Shown in pieces: positions 11,236 through 23,466 of a stretch of 64,000 bases of DNA (within the stretch, counting starts at the first letter, position 1; every line of letters begins with the position of its first letter). Position numbers and translations under genes: made by a program. The stretch lies in the NCBI RefSeq assembly GCF_006345805.1, contig NC_043010.1, positions 37,758,001-37,822,000 of the forward strand, read 5' to 3'. Origin of the DNA: Octopus sinensis. Taxonomy: Eukaryota. A model generated the notes under the pieces. The model had not been told where the DNA came from. It did no database searches and worked only from the letters and a program-made list of their open reading frames with translations.

Positions 11236-11605
11236 AGACGGAAGCCTTGAGAGTGGACTTGGTGGGCAAAAACTGAAAGAAACTGGTTGTATGTGTGCGC
11301 ATGCGTGTGTGTGTGAGAGAGAGGAAGAGAGAACATGTGTGTGGTGTATGTATGTATGTGTGCGTGTGTGTACACGTATGTGTGTGTGTGTGTGTTTGTG
11401 CTTGTCCCCCACCGCTGCTTGATAACTAGTGTCGGTGTGGTTACGTACCCGTAACTTAGCTTTTCGGCAAAAGAGACCGACAGAATAAGTACCAGGCTTA
11501 ACAAAAATAGTAAAAGTACTGGTGACGTTTCGTTCGAATAAAATTCTTCAAGGGGGTGCCCCAGCATGGCCGCAGTCTAATGACTAGAACAAGTAAAAGA
11601 CAAAA
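11236..11605 (+). mobile_element. SINE family A (5'-truncated)
   Basis: Body and tail ...CAGCATGGCCGCAGTC...GACTAGAACAAGTAAAAG. Confidence 0.7.
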
Positions 11606-11626
11606 GAAAAAATACAGAATTGAGCA

Positions 11627-11708
<82 letters not shown>

Positions 11709-11906
11709 ATGGATCCTCGAAACACTAGCCATTAACAAAGTAGCACCAACAATCATAAAATTCATAGAGCACTCTATGAATAAATGGCAAACAGTCCTAC
11801 ACCTCCAAACAAAAGAGGGACTCATGAAAACCAAAGACATCCCCATTAGAAGAGGAATATTCCAGGGAGACACGCTCTCTCCACTCCTTTTCTGCTTGGC
11901 ACTGTC

Positions 11907-12033
11907 ACCTGCCTCCCTACTATAACCTGCCTCCCTACTATAACCTGCCTCCCTACTAATAACCTGCCTCCCTACTATAACCTGCCTCCCTACTAATAAC
12001 CTGCCTCCCTACTATAACCTGCCTCCCTACTAT
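11907..12033 (+). repeat. 7 tandem copies of an 18/19-bp unit ACCTGCCTCCCTACTA(A)TA
   Basis: Counted directly. The unit is the LINE's own I-T-C-L-P-T coding segment. Confidence 0.9.
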
Positions 12034-14086
12034 GTTCAAGGCATTTACTGCAGTGATATCGCAAAGGCTGAACAAGCACCTGGACGAAAACAAACTGTTC
12101 CCAGAAGAGCAGAAAGGATGCCGCAAGGGCTCATATGGCTGTAAAGATCAACTAATGATTAATAAAGCCGTAACTGAAGACAGCCACAGAAAGAAGAAAG
12201 GCCTCAGTATGGCCTGGATTGACTACAAAAAGGCGTTTGATAGCATCCCCCACACATGGATCCTCGAAACATTAGCCATTAACAAAGTAGCACCAACAAT
12301 CATAAAATTCATAGAGCACTCTATGAATAAATGGCAAACAGTCCTACACCTCCAAACAAAAGAGGGACTCATGAAAACCAAAGACATCCCCATTAGAAGA
12401 GGAATATTCCAGGGAGACACGCTCTCTCCACTCCTTTTCTGCTTGGCACTGTCACCTCTATCTGATATGCTAAATAGAACTGGATGCGGATATAAATGTT
12501 ACGGCAAAACGATCAGCCACCTTTTATATATGGATGACCTAAAACTATACGCTGCAAATGACAAACAGCTGGAAACACTATTAAAGACAGTTCGTGGATT
12601 TATCAAAGAAATAGATATGAAATTTGGATTAGAAAAATGCGCCAAAGTAACCATGAAAAGAGGAAAATTAGTTAAGAGTAACAACATCACACTAGATAAA
12701 ATCAATGAAATAAAAGAATTAGACCAAAGCCAAACTTACAAATACTTAGGAATCCATGAACTAGATAAGACACAACACACACAAATGAAAGAGAAAATAA
12801 AAAAAGAATATTATAGACGAGTTAGATCAATACTAAAAACAGAGCTCAATGCTAAAAACAAGATAATAGGTATCAACACTTTAGCTGTCCCAGTTATAAG
12901 TTACAGCTACAATATCCTTAACTGGGCACGAAATGAACTGTCCAAAATAGATAAGAAAACAAGAAAAATACTGACAGGATCTAGGATGCATCACCCAAAA
13001 TCTGACATAGAAAGACTATATATACAACGTATAGAAGGTGGTAGAGGCCTTATACAGCTGGAAAACTACTATAAAATAACCACCATAGGACTGCAAAAAT
13101 ACCTACTTCAGAAGGAAGGAAAACTGATCCAGATAGCAGCAAAACACGAGCAAAACAAAAAACTGTTCTCAGTATTTAAGGAAGCTGACATACAAACAAG
13201 AAATCATACCACCTAATAAACACAAAGAAGAAGAAGAAGATGATGAAGAAACAACAAAAGCTATAAAACAAATGAAATCCAAACTAAAAATAGAACAGCA
13301 ACGAGCCATGATAAAACGATGGCAAGAAAAGCCCCTTCATGGTAAATACTGCACTAAACTAAACGCAAAAGAAATAGACAAAGAAAAATCCCAGCAATGG
13401 TTGAGAAGCTCAGGACTCAAAGCAGAAACAGAGGGATTTTTAATTGCCGCACAAGACCAAAGCCTCCCCACCAGAAATTACCAAAAACATGTAATGAAAA
13501 GAAATATTACAAGTAACTGCAGAATATGTGGAGATGGACAAGAAACAATAAATCATATTATCTCTAGCTGCCCAGTCCTGGCTAAGAAGGAATATATTCA
13601 CAGACATGACAGAGTTGGAACCTACATACATTGGAAGCTATGCCAACATTATGGAATAACAACAGAAAAAAGATGGTATAGGCACACACCAGAAAAGGTC
13701 ACAGAAAACGAGAAAGCAACCATACTCTGGGATATACCGATACACACAGATAGAGAAATTAAGGCCAACAGACCAGATATAGTTGTCAGAGATCATGAAG
13801 AAAAAAATGCTTTCTAATTGATGTATCAATACCGGCAGATGACAACGTGTCTCTAAAAGAAATGGAGAAACTCTCAAAATACAAAGACCTGGAAATAGAG
13901 GTAACTAGAATGTGGAACCTGAAAACAGAAACAATTCCTATCATAGTAGGTGCATTAGGCATGATAAAAAAATATTCAGACAAATACATAACAAAAACAC
14001 CAGGACTTACAAACACATATAACATACAGAAAATTGCACTACTAGGCACTGCATACATCCTACGCAGAACACTTTCCATACAATAA
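12032..14086 (+). pseudogene. Disrupted RT/RLE ORF of the Dong-like LINE (pieces 12032-13216, 13272-13817, 13847-14086)
   Basis: Three collinear ORF pieces. There is a 2-bp deletion near 13187 relative to the copy at 30169-31788, and an A7 run near 13801 where A8 would keep frame. Confidence 0.88.
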
Positions 14087-14206
14087 CCATCAGAGCATCA
14101 CAACAAATCACAGCACATACCCAAGGCACACAGAGCTGCGCTCGGTAGTGAAGTGAAAGCACGCTATAAAAATAAAACTACTGAATAATAATAATAATAA
14201 TAATAA

Positions 14207-14711
14207 TAACTGATTGGAAGTGTTATCATGTACATTGTTTTGTCTTGGTATAAAAGATGGGCAACAACAAATATTCTGCTCAATACCACAGATTTGCTTG
14301 TCAGTTGTTTGACCTTAACCAGTTGACCATGTCCTTTAGTGTCTGAGAATATGTCCATCTCTGATCACGAGCAGAAGTAGTGGGGGAGCACCGTAGCCAT
14401 GTGTTGAGAGGAATTCTTTGAGGTTTGAATAATTCACCCTTGGAAATATGAATGTTTCGTTCAACATCCTTAAACAACCCTTATTCAGAGACCTTTTGAG
14501 GAGGATGGGCTACTCAACTTGAAGAAAATTCTAACAGGGCCCTACCTGCAAGGTCATGTGCTGTTTATCTTGATATGAAAGCATGTCGCGCACATGGTTA
14601 TGATGCATGTGCCTAGTGTACCCTTATCAGATGGGTAGTCATGATGGGTATACTGGGCTTCGTATATTTTATCCCAGTGTTACTTTGATAACATGCGCTG
14701 CTCTCTCACTC
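14207..14711 (+). mobile_element. Non-coding ~500-bp element ending CTCTCTCACTC-(AAT)n (family C), copy 1
   Basis: Homologous to 14975-15510, with (TAA)n on both sides and no ORF. Confidence 0.75.
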
Positions 14712-14798
<87 letters not shown>

Positions 14799-14850
14799 CA
14801 ACAATAATAATAAAAATAATGATAATAACAACAATAATAATAATAATAAC

Positions 14851-14903
<53 letters not shown>

Positions 14904-14925
14904 TAATAATAACAATAACAATAAC

Positions 14926-14974
<49 letters not shown>
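14712..14974. repeat. (AAT)n microsatellite with AAC/GAT variants
   Basis: Directly visible. Confidence 0.95.
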
Positions 14975-14977
<3 letters not shown>

Positions 14978-15510
14978 GCCCTGATGCAGTACCAGGCAGA
15001 GGCTCTTGTGGCTTCTGATCTTAACTGATTGGAAGTGTTATCATGTACATTGTTTTGTCTTGGTATAAAAGATGGGCTACAGCAAATATTCTGCTCAATA
15101 CCACAGATTTGCCTGTCAGTTGTTTAACTTTAACAAGCTGAAGATGTCCCTTGGTGGCTGACCATATGTGAATCTCTGATCCCGGGCAGAAAATCCAGGA
15201 GACCATCATAACCATGTGTTGAGAGGAATTCTTTGAGATTTGAATAATTCACCTCGGGAAACATGAGTGTTTCATTCACCATCCTTATATAAACCTTATT
15301 CAGGGACCTCTTGAGCGGGGTGGAAGAAAATTCTATGCCTTCCTACGAGGTCATGTACTGTTTATCTTGATATGAAATCATGTCACGCACATATGGCTGT
15401 GATGCATGTGCCTGGTGTACACTTATCAGACGGGCAGTCATGATGGGTATACTGGGCTTCGTATATTTTACTCCAGTGTCACTTTGATGGCGTGCACTGC
15501 TCTCTCACTC
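14975..15510 (+). mobile_element. Family C element, copy 2 (longer 5' end)
   Basis: Collinear with 14207-14711 and followed by (AAT)n 15511-15561. Confidence 0.75.
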
Positions 15511-15562
<52 letters not shown>

Positions 15563-16520
15563 GCTCTCAAATTCTCAATTCTTGATAAATAATTCAACAG
15601 CAAATACGTGGTGTGCCTTGGTCCAAACCACAATGGTAACTAAAAGAAAACAGTGGTAACTAAAAGCATAAACTATATGAACTGACCGTTACCATTTGGC
15701 TAACTTCACAAGCACCACATCAGTAGCTGTGTACCAGACGGGGTGTTTTTTTCTGCCTCATCCTGTAAGATAAAGCAACTGCAACGACGACGATGACAAA
15801 TTTTGCAAAGTGGTAAAAATGGTAAAAATTTAAATTATAATTAAAACACGAGGAAAACGATAATTAATTAAAGATATAATTAAAAAAACAAAAAACTGAA
15901 TAAATACAATGTGCAACTTTATAATTGATTTATTTCGAATATAAAGGATAATTGGTATGCTGATGGCACCATACAATGGAATTTGGTATGCCGCAAAGTT
16001 CTCACCTTTTTGTGGCTTCTAATGTACACAGAATTAGTGTTTTTTATTCACCGTATTTTGAATGTAGTTTTGATAAATTGGGAGAATTTACTGTGCTCGG
16101 TGAAAAATACTAATTCGTTTTTGACTAGGCTCAAGATTTCTGTTTATTTATTTATCTGTTAATTTATTCTAACGGTGGTGTCCCAGCATGGCCGCAGCTC
16201 TCGAGCTGAAACTATAAAATAAAGTAAAAGGACATGTTGTTTATTCATCTATGCATTTATTTTATTTTATTTTTTGATCGTGGAAAATTGAAGCAGCCTC
16301 TTTGAGCGACACGGACCTCAACCTATTACTGGCACGTACTTGAGCAATAGAGAAAGGATGAAAAGTTATGTCAACTCTCAAAGGATTTGAACTCTCGTAA
16401 TAGAAGGATGAAGATTGAGTAACATATTTGACGGTTTATATGGTGGACCTTTTCGTTCCATCCCCTGCCATAAAAATAAATGCTCCCCCCCCTAAAAAAA
16501 AAAGAAACTGCATGCATATT

Positions 16521-16917
16521 CTTTTTCTACTCTAGGTACAAGGCCCGAAATTTTGGGGGAAGGGGCCAGTTGATTAGATCGACTCCAGTATGCAACTGGT
16601 ACTTTAATTTATCGACCCCGAAAGGATGAACGGCAAAGTCGACCTCGGCGGAATTTGAACTCATAACGTAACGGCAGACGAAATAGCTATTTCTTTACTA
16701 CCCACAAGGGGCTAAACACAGAGGGGACAAACAAGGACAGACAAACGGGTTAAGTGGATTACATCGACCCCAGTGCGTAAATGGTACTTATTTTATCGAC
16801 CCCGAAAGGATGAAAGGCAAAGTCGACCTCAGCGGAATTTGAACTCAGAATGTAGCGGCAGACGGACCGCTAAGCATTTCGCCCGGCGTGCTAACGTTTC
16901 AGCCAGCTCGCCGCCTT
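16521..16917 (-). mobile_element. SINE family B dimer
   Basis: Two tandem bodies joined at GAAATAGCTATTTC (16680-16693). Imperfect 17-bp TSD GAAACWGCATGYATATT at 16504-16520 and 16918-16934. Confidence 0.8.
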
Positions 16918-18249
16918 GAAACAGCATGTATATTATAAATACAAGGTCAGGGTTGTGGCTATTTGCAAGAGATGACTCAAAAAAGAGACTGCCAGAATTG
17001 CACGTGTCATATATTCTCGCGCCTCTCCAAGCCATCAACTACAGTTGTTTATTGGTTTATTTAATGGCATCATGTTCGATGCGCTGCTAAATTTGCTGTT
17101 TCTCGAATGCATATAAGTTGGCTCAGCTTCTTTGTTTGTTCATCTGCCTGCCAGTTGGGCTGTCCTTTTGTTTGTTCCTCTCTCCCCACCTTTTCTCTTT
17201 CTCTCGCTCGCTCAACGATACTACAGTTCGCTCAGTGATCTCCACCTGAAAAACAACACTGCTCCTTCAAAGCACAATTGGACATCGAAAAACAAAGATG
17301 AAACCACCAGTATCTCCTTATAGTGCTAGTTAGGACTGGCGTTTAAGAACGAACCAAAGTCATATGACATCATAGAGAAGATTCACATTGAGCGTATCTC
17401 TTAAATAAACACTCATACACTTACACACGCAAAGACTCATATATGCATATACATGTATGTATTTATATATGTATGCAGGTATTTGTCTGTGTGTGTATAT
17501 ATGTGTATGTATTATGAACACATATAAATACACACACACACACATACAGAGAATAGTTCAGGAACCCCCTTACTATTTAAATAATATATGACTTGTGCTC
17601 GTATATATGTATGAATGTAAACATATATGGACATATATTATATAAATATGTGTTTGTGTGTATGTATCTACGTCTGTATATTTATGTGTGGTATTCAAAT
17701 GTCAATAATTCGCCAACAAATGCCAGTTATTTTTATAATTGCACGCATTCAATAATAATGTTCAAGCGTAAAGAATCTTTAGAACACATTCAAGCTTTCG
17801 ATTTTGTCGTTTTCTTCACATAACAGCGTCGTATTTGAAGCGCTCAAAAATTATTAACTATATATGTTATAAGGTTGATAAAGACAGACGGGATACTTTG
17901 ATCTCCATAAAACTGGATTGCATTCCTACTAAGGCTGGTCCAATATAAGCGTTCGACAGTTCAGATAAACACTAGTGCTGATGGATTTAGAAACACACGT
18001 ACACACACACATGCACACACACATGCACACACACACAGATGCATATTTATGAATGAATGTTTGCGTGTACGCATAAATATATGTATGTATGTATGTCCTC
18101 GATATCTTCCAATGAAGATGTTTTTATGATGGCAGCTGGTACTATAACGAAGTGCTCAGAAACAGTGGATTCTCCGATAAGATCATATATATATATATAT
18201 ATATAAAGATAAGCACTGCGAGCATAACGTGTAGGAATAGAGATGAAAA

Positions 18250-18905
18250 AAGGATATTTTATCGTACAAAGCAGTATTTAATCTAGCAGTAAGAACTAAT
18301 ATAGCCAGAAAATTCCTTAATTTGATAGCTTACTATTTTTCGCCGGAGCATAAGTAGAGTAAGATATTAAATGAAAACTGTGTTAAAGTTAGTTATTCAT
18401 TTAGGAAGAATTTCGGGTGTTATATCAGAGGTTATAATGCTGTAGGGATGGATAAGACAGATAGGCAAATACTTGATCTAAACCAATCATGCAAGCATAG
18501 AATTCGCAAGAAGAATTGTTCACAAGATGGCAACTGCTTGGCAAAGTCGATAAAGGAGAAACAAACAACGAAGATGAACCTAAAGTAAATATTGGGGGAA
18601 ACCGAATTGATATTCAGAAATCGATTTTATGAGCACAAGCATTTATTTGTCAGCCTTGATGAAATATGTTACGGTTTTATCCAAATTTATGTGGTTCCTA
18701 CGTGAGACATGTTCTCACGTATTCAAAATGACTTGGTCGATTGTAGATAAAGCACAACCCTATAGGAATGGTAGTTTCAAATCGAAAATGCAGCGTGACC
18801 TTTGAATGAAAAAATTAAGCATATTTTCTAGGAAATAAGATTTGAACAAAAGGAGTGAATTAGTAGCACCTTGCATGCATGGAGTTAAGTAACTTTTGTC
18901 TGAAT
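18250..18905 (+). pseudogene. Penelope-like element, decayed linker and GIY-YIG endonuclease region
   Basis: Reads TNIARKFLNLIAYYFSPEHK*SKILNENCVKVSYS, CSQDGNCLAKSI, NIG(frameshift)ETELIFRNRFYEHKH, TVLSKFMWFL, WSIVDKAQPY, LNKRSELVAPCMH, matching the typical PLE C-terminus. Confidence 0.85.
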
Positions 18906-19402
18906 ATCAGCCACCTTGAATGTCGATCTGGTTCAGAGAAAAAAAATCCTGGTTAGTTTCGAAGTGTCTTCAAAAAATAAATAGCTTATAAAATGGAATT
19001 TCAGAAGAAAGTAAGTTCTTAGAGTGAATCCCCCTGCACGAAGGTTTAAGTCACAAAAATAAAAAGAAAGAGAAAAAATGTTTGGACTATTCAATGGGAA
19101 TAGTTTGGACTTTTCCCAATGAAATGAAAAACGTGAGCTTGAAACAGTCGAGTTTATAGGTATCGCTCATACCATCTCTTAAAAAATCTCTTAGAAATGT
19201 TTTATCGATAGCTTCTGTACGACGTTTTAAAATATATTCAAACATCAGTCAACTCAAGGAAGAAAAAGTAGGAAAAAAAAAAATTCTAAGTAATGGTAAT
19301 TATGAGACTTTCTGTTATGTATTAAAGAATATTCTAGATTTTACAATATTACGAATTGGTGTACTGATTTCTACAAGTTATCGTTTTTTGGTGAATCAAA
19401 AG

Positions 19403-19634
<232 letters not shown>

Positions 19635-19662
19635 ATAAGATTAGCTCGTATACGAGTGGGTA

Positions 19663-21058
19663 TATATTTGTAAAAAATGAAGTTTGAAAATGCTGCTATA
19701 TTAGACAAATTTTAATTTTTATATATACATTATTTATTTAACATGTTTCGGTTCTTGAAATGACGAACCTTATCAAAAAAAATTATATATAAAAAAGATA
19801 GTTCATGCTATCAAATATAAAAAATTCATATATAATATTCAATAGAGTCAGACATAAAAAATTCATATATAGTAAAGCGAGTCCATGCTATATGTTTAAA
19901 GAGTATGATGTAGTAGTTCATAGTGGTGATATGCATTCAATATAAAAAATTCATGTTCTTGAAAAAGCGAGGAATTCATTTTAGATTTTACCTTGTGTTC
20001 CAATGGGAGCAACTGTAATGACTTGTGGTTGGAGTCTGTTCGTATAGTTTTGGTGAATCTTGTGAATTGTTTGGGTTTTATATCAGTTCAGCTTAGCTGT
20101 CTCACTTGCATTTTTCACTGACGTCATATAGTTCCCAACCAATCAAAACTCAGTCTCAACGAATATATCCTGTTAGGAAACCAACCAAGCAGAACGACAG
20201 TTTGGCCACGGAAGAAATATGTCATCCTTGTTTTTGACGGATTGAAATTAGATCTGATCCATGACTGTATCCTGTTAGGTGGCTAGTCCAGCGGAACGAG
20301 ACGTCATCAATGTTTTGACCAATCATCTCGTTAGGTGGCTAGTCCAGCAGAACGGGACGTCATCAATGTTTTGACCAATCATCTCGTTAGGTGGCTAGTC
20401 CAGCAGAACGAGACGTCATCAATGTTTTGACCAATCAGAATCGGGTCTGATCAGTCATCGGTCATGGATCAGATCTAATTTCAATCTGTCAAAAACAAGG
20501 ATGACATATTTCTTCCGTGGCCAAACTGTCGTTCTGCTTGGTTGGTTTCCTAACAGGATATATTCGTTGAGACTGAGTTTTGATTGGTTGGGAACTATAT
20601 GACGTCAGTGAAAAATGCAAGTGAGACAGCTAAGCTGAACTGATATAAAACCCAAACAATTCACAAGATTCACCAAAACTATACGAACAGACACCAACCA
20701 CAAGTCATTACAGTTGCTCCCATTGGAACACAAGGTAAAATCTAAAATGAATTCCTCGCTTTTTCAAGAACATGAATTTTTTTATATTGAATGCATATCA
20801 CCACTATGAACTACTACATCATACTCTTTAAACATATAGCATGGACTCGCTTTACTATATATGATTTTTTATGTCTGACTCTTTGAATATTATATATGAA
20901 TTTTTTATATTTGATAGCATGAACTATCTTTTTTATATATAATTTTTTTGATAGGTTCGTCATTTCAAGAACCGAAACATGTTAAATAATAATGTATATA
21001 TAAAAATTAAAATTGTCTAATATAGCAGCATTTTCAAACTTCATTTTTTACAAATATA
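19663..21058. mobile_element. ~600-bp near-perfect inverted repeat (arms 19663-20265 and 20461-21058), probably inverted PLE pseudo-LTRs
   Basis: Arms are reverse complements apart from a few small changes. Each carries a decayed HHR motif (UUGAUA(A)-GGUUC/GAACC-GAAAC-AU-GUU) pointing outward. Confidence 0.8.
20274..20437 (+). repeat. 3 x 56-bp tandem repeat in the spacer of the inverted repeat
   Basis: GTTAGGTGGCTAG begins at 20274, 20330 and 20386. Each unit has GACGTCA and CCAAT. Confidence 0.9.
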
Positions 21059-21235
21059 ATATATATATATATATACAAAAATTAGAAATGGAGAAACCAC
21101 TTAAATCAATCAATCATAACCATCAGATAATACCCAATCAATACTTTATTACACCATTACATAACAGCAAAGACATTATACATAATATATTGTAATATAG
21201 CTAGACATAGAAATATAAATATAAAATACAATTAC

Positions 21236-21358
21236 ATCATATCTGACAGCTGTTTCGGCCGTGAGGACAAGTATGTCTCATTTAACCTATTAGCCACATA
21301 AAGCAGGTATAAATGAGACATTAACAAGGATGTCTCACGACCTCTTCAGAGAATTAAT
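21236..21358 (-). ncRNA. Type I hammerhead ribozyme with canonical GUC cleavage site
   Basis: CUGAAGA (21349-21343), 9-bp stem II GGUCGUGAG/CUCACGGCC, GAAA (21256-21253), palindromic stem III ACAGCUGU, GUC (21247-21245). Stem I is 3 bp + 2x2 loop + 4 bp. Confidence 0.75.
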
Positions 21359-21533
21359 ATAAGGCGAAAAAAATTTACATATAAATATAAAAATATAAAA
21401 TATAAAAATGTGTGCATAGACACTCATAATTCTACACATATCTATATACATACACATACATTAATACAATAATACAATATAAACATAATATATCAGTATA
21501 CATTAACAAACACAGTTATTTTCATATTGGACT

Positions 21534-21650
<117 letters not shown>

Positions 21651-21665
21651 GATATATATATATAG

Positions 21666-21749
<84 letters not shown>

Positions 21750-21751
<2 letters not shown>

Positions 21752-22140
21752 CGCAGGAGTGGCTGTGTGGTAAGTAGCTAGCTTACTAACCACATGGTTC
21801 CGGGTTCAGTCCCACTGCGTGGTACCTTCGGCAAGTGTCTTCTACTATATCTTCGGACCGACCAAAGCCTTGTGAGTGGATTTGGTAGACGGAAACTGAA
21901 AGAAGCGCGTCGTATATATGTATATATATGTGTATATGTATATATGTATGTGTGTGTATATGTTTGTGTGTCTGTGTTTGTCCCCCCACCATCGCTCGAC
22001 AACCGATACTGGTGTGTTTACGTCCCCGTAACTTAGCGGTTCGGGCTTACAAAGAATAAGTCCTGGGGTCGATTTACACGACTAAAGGCGGTTTTCCAGC
22101 ATGACCGCAATCAAATGGCTGAAACAAGTAAAAGTGTAAA
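21750..22140 (+). mobile_element. SINE family A
   Basis: Full head GGCGCAGGAGTGGC to tail, directly after a (TA)n tract. Confidence 0.85.
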
Positions 22141-22289
22141 ACAGTATATGTACGTATATATATACGTGTGTGTGAGTGTGTGTGTATGTGTGGTTGTAAG
22201 TATGTGTATATATTATATAACACTGACCTAAGCAACAACTAAAAAGTAAAGGCGTTATATACATACTCGTTTCAAAGTTTGGTACAAAG

Positions 22290-22465
22290 CCAGCAGTTTC
22301 GGCGGGGGAGTCGACCCCCTTCCTCAACTGGTACTTATTTTATTGACTTCAAAAGAATGAACAGCAAAGTCGACCACGGCGGATCTTGAACTCAGAACGT
22401 AAAGACCGACGAAATACCGCTAAGCTTTGCGCCCGGTGTGCTAACGATTCTGCCAGTTCGCTGCC
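22290..22465 (-). mobile_element. SINE family B (degenerate)
   Basis: GTCGACCACGGCGGA...GAACTCAGAACG...CCGGTGTGCTAACG. Confidence 0.7.
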
Positions 22466-23412
22466 TGAGATGGTTTATATATTAAAACATATATATATCA
22501 TGTATATTTTCTGGACACGGTACGCTTCTAGGAGCCAAATGCTCTTGTGTAAAAGTTTCATATGCAAAGTGAACACATATAAATAATCATAGATAATTTT
22601 AACTGTTTGCAACGTTTTACGATATTGCTTCGTGTTTGTGCCTTTTATACAAATTCTACTTTCTCCTTCATGCGAGCCTTTCTACAATCTGGTGACGAGG
22701 GAGATACACGAACATATATGTTTATGGATGTATGGCTTCCAGAAACATACCATGTCTGGCGAATATATTTGGCTTCCGCTTTTTCTCAGTGATTTTGTAT
22801 CTGTTTTCGTCTCTCTCGGTTTGTTATTTAAGCCTGTAAGGCTCTCTGCTGCTTCCCTCCATGCGTTACTTTATTTTATTGTCAAAATAGGAAGTTAGTA
22901 CATTATGACCACCTTCTATGTTTTACTTTGTTCTTTTACATCTCAAATGGGTCGCTGTACACAGTTTTTTTTGCGCATTCAGTCGTTTTTCACGCACACT
23001 CGTCTGTACCATCATAACACCAATGGGTCGAGTGTCTCGTTTGAATGAACAGAATTGCTTTTTGTACCGAAATTGTCATGATTTTCGATTACCTGATGAG
23101 GGATCAGAGTTGTGCAGATTTGTCATTTAATTTTTCCTGTAAATCTCCTCTGCCTGTACACCCCTGGCAATACAGCTACACACATACATATATAAATACA
23201 TACATACATACATACATACATACATACATACGTACGTACGTACGTACGTATGTAAGTATGTATGTATGTATATACTTACATATTCTCTATATTCTTTCGT
23301 CTTATCACCAAGGCTAGATTTATATTTTATCATAAAATATTAATGATTCGAAACATGGTATACACACACACATACACACACACGCACACACACACACACA
23401 CGCACACACACA

Positions 23413-23466
<54 letters not shown>

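Larger units (their letters stand above)
11707..14183 (+). mobile_element. 5'-truncated R4/Dong-like non-LTR retrotransposon (RT, CCHC knuckle, restriction-like endonuclease) inside a (TAA)n array
   Basis: RT motifs YKKAFDS, GIFQGDTLSPLLF, YMDD; CRIC...H...C; RHD; PD...D nuclease (RPDIVV...LIDV...KYKDL). 3' UTR ends AAAACTACTG-(AAT)n. (TAA)n on both sides (11627-11707, 14184-14209). Confidence 0.92.

Noticed and set aside
20274-20437. Short tandem units resembling a CRISPR array
   Set aside because: Units are contiguous with no unique spacers, there are no cas genes, and the context is eukaryotic.
23093-23160. CTGATGAG as a hammerhead core
   Set aside because: No stem II/GAAA/NUH arrangement follows.
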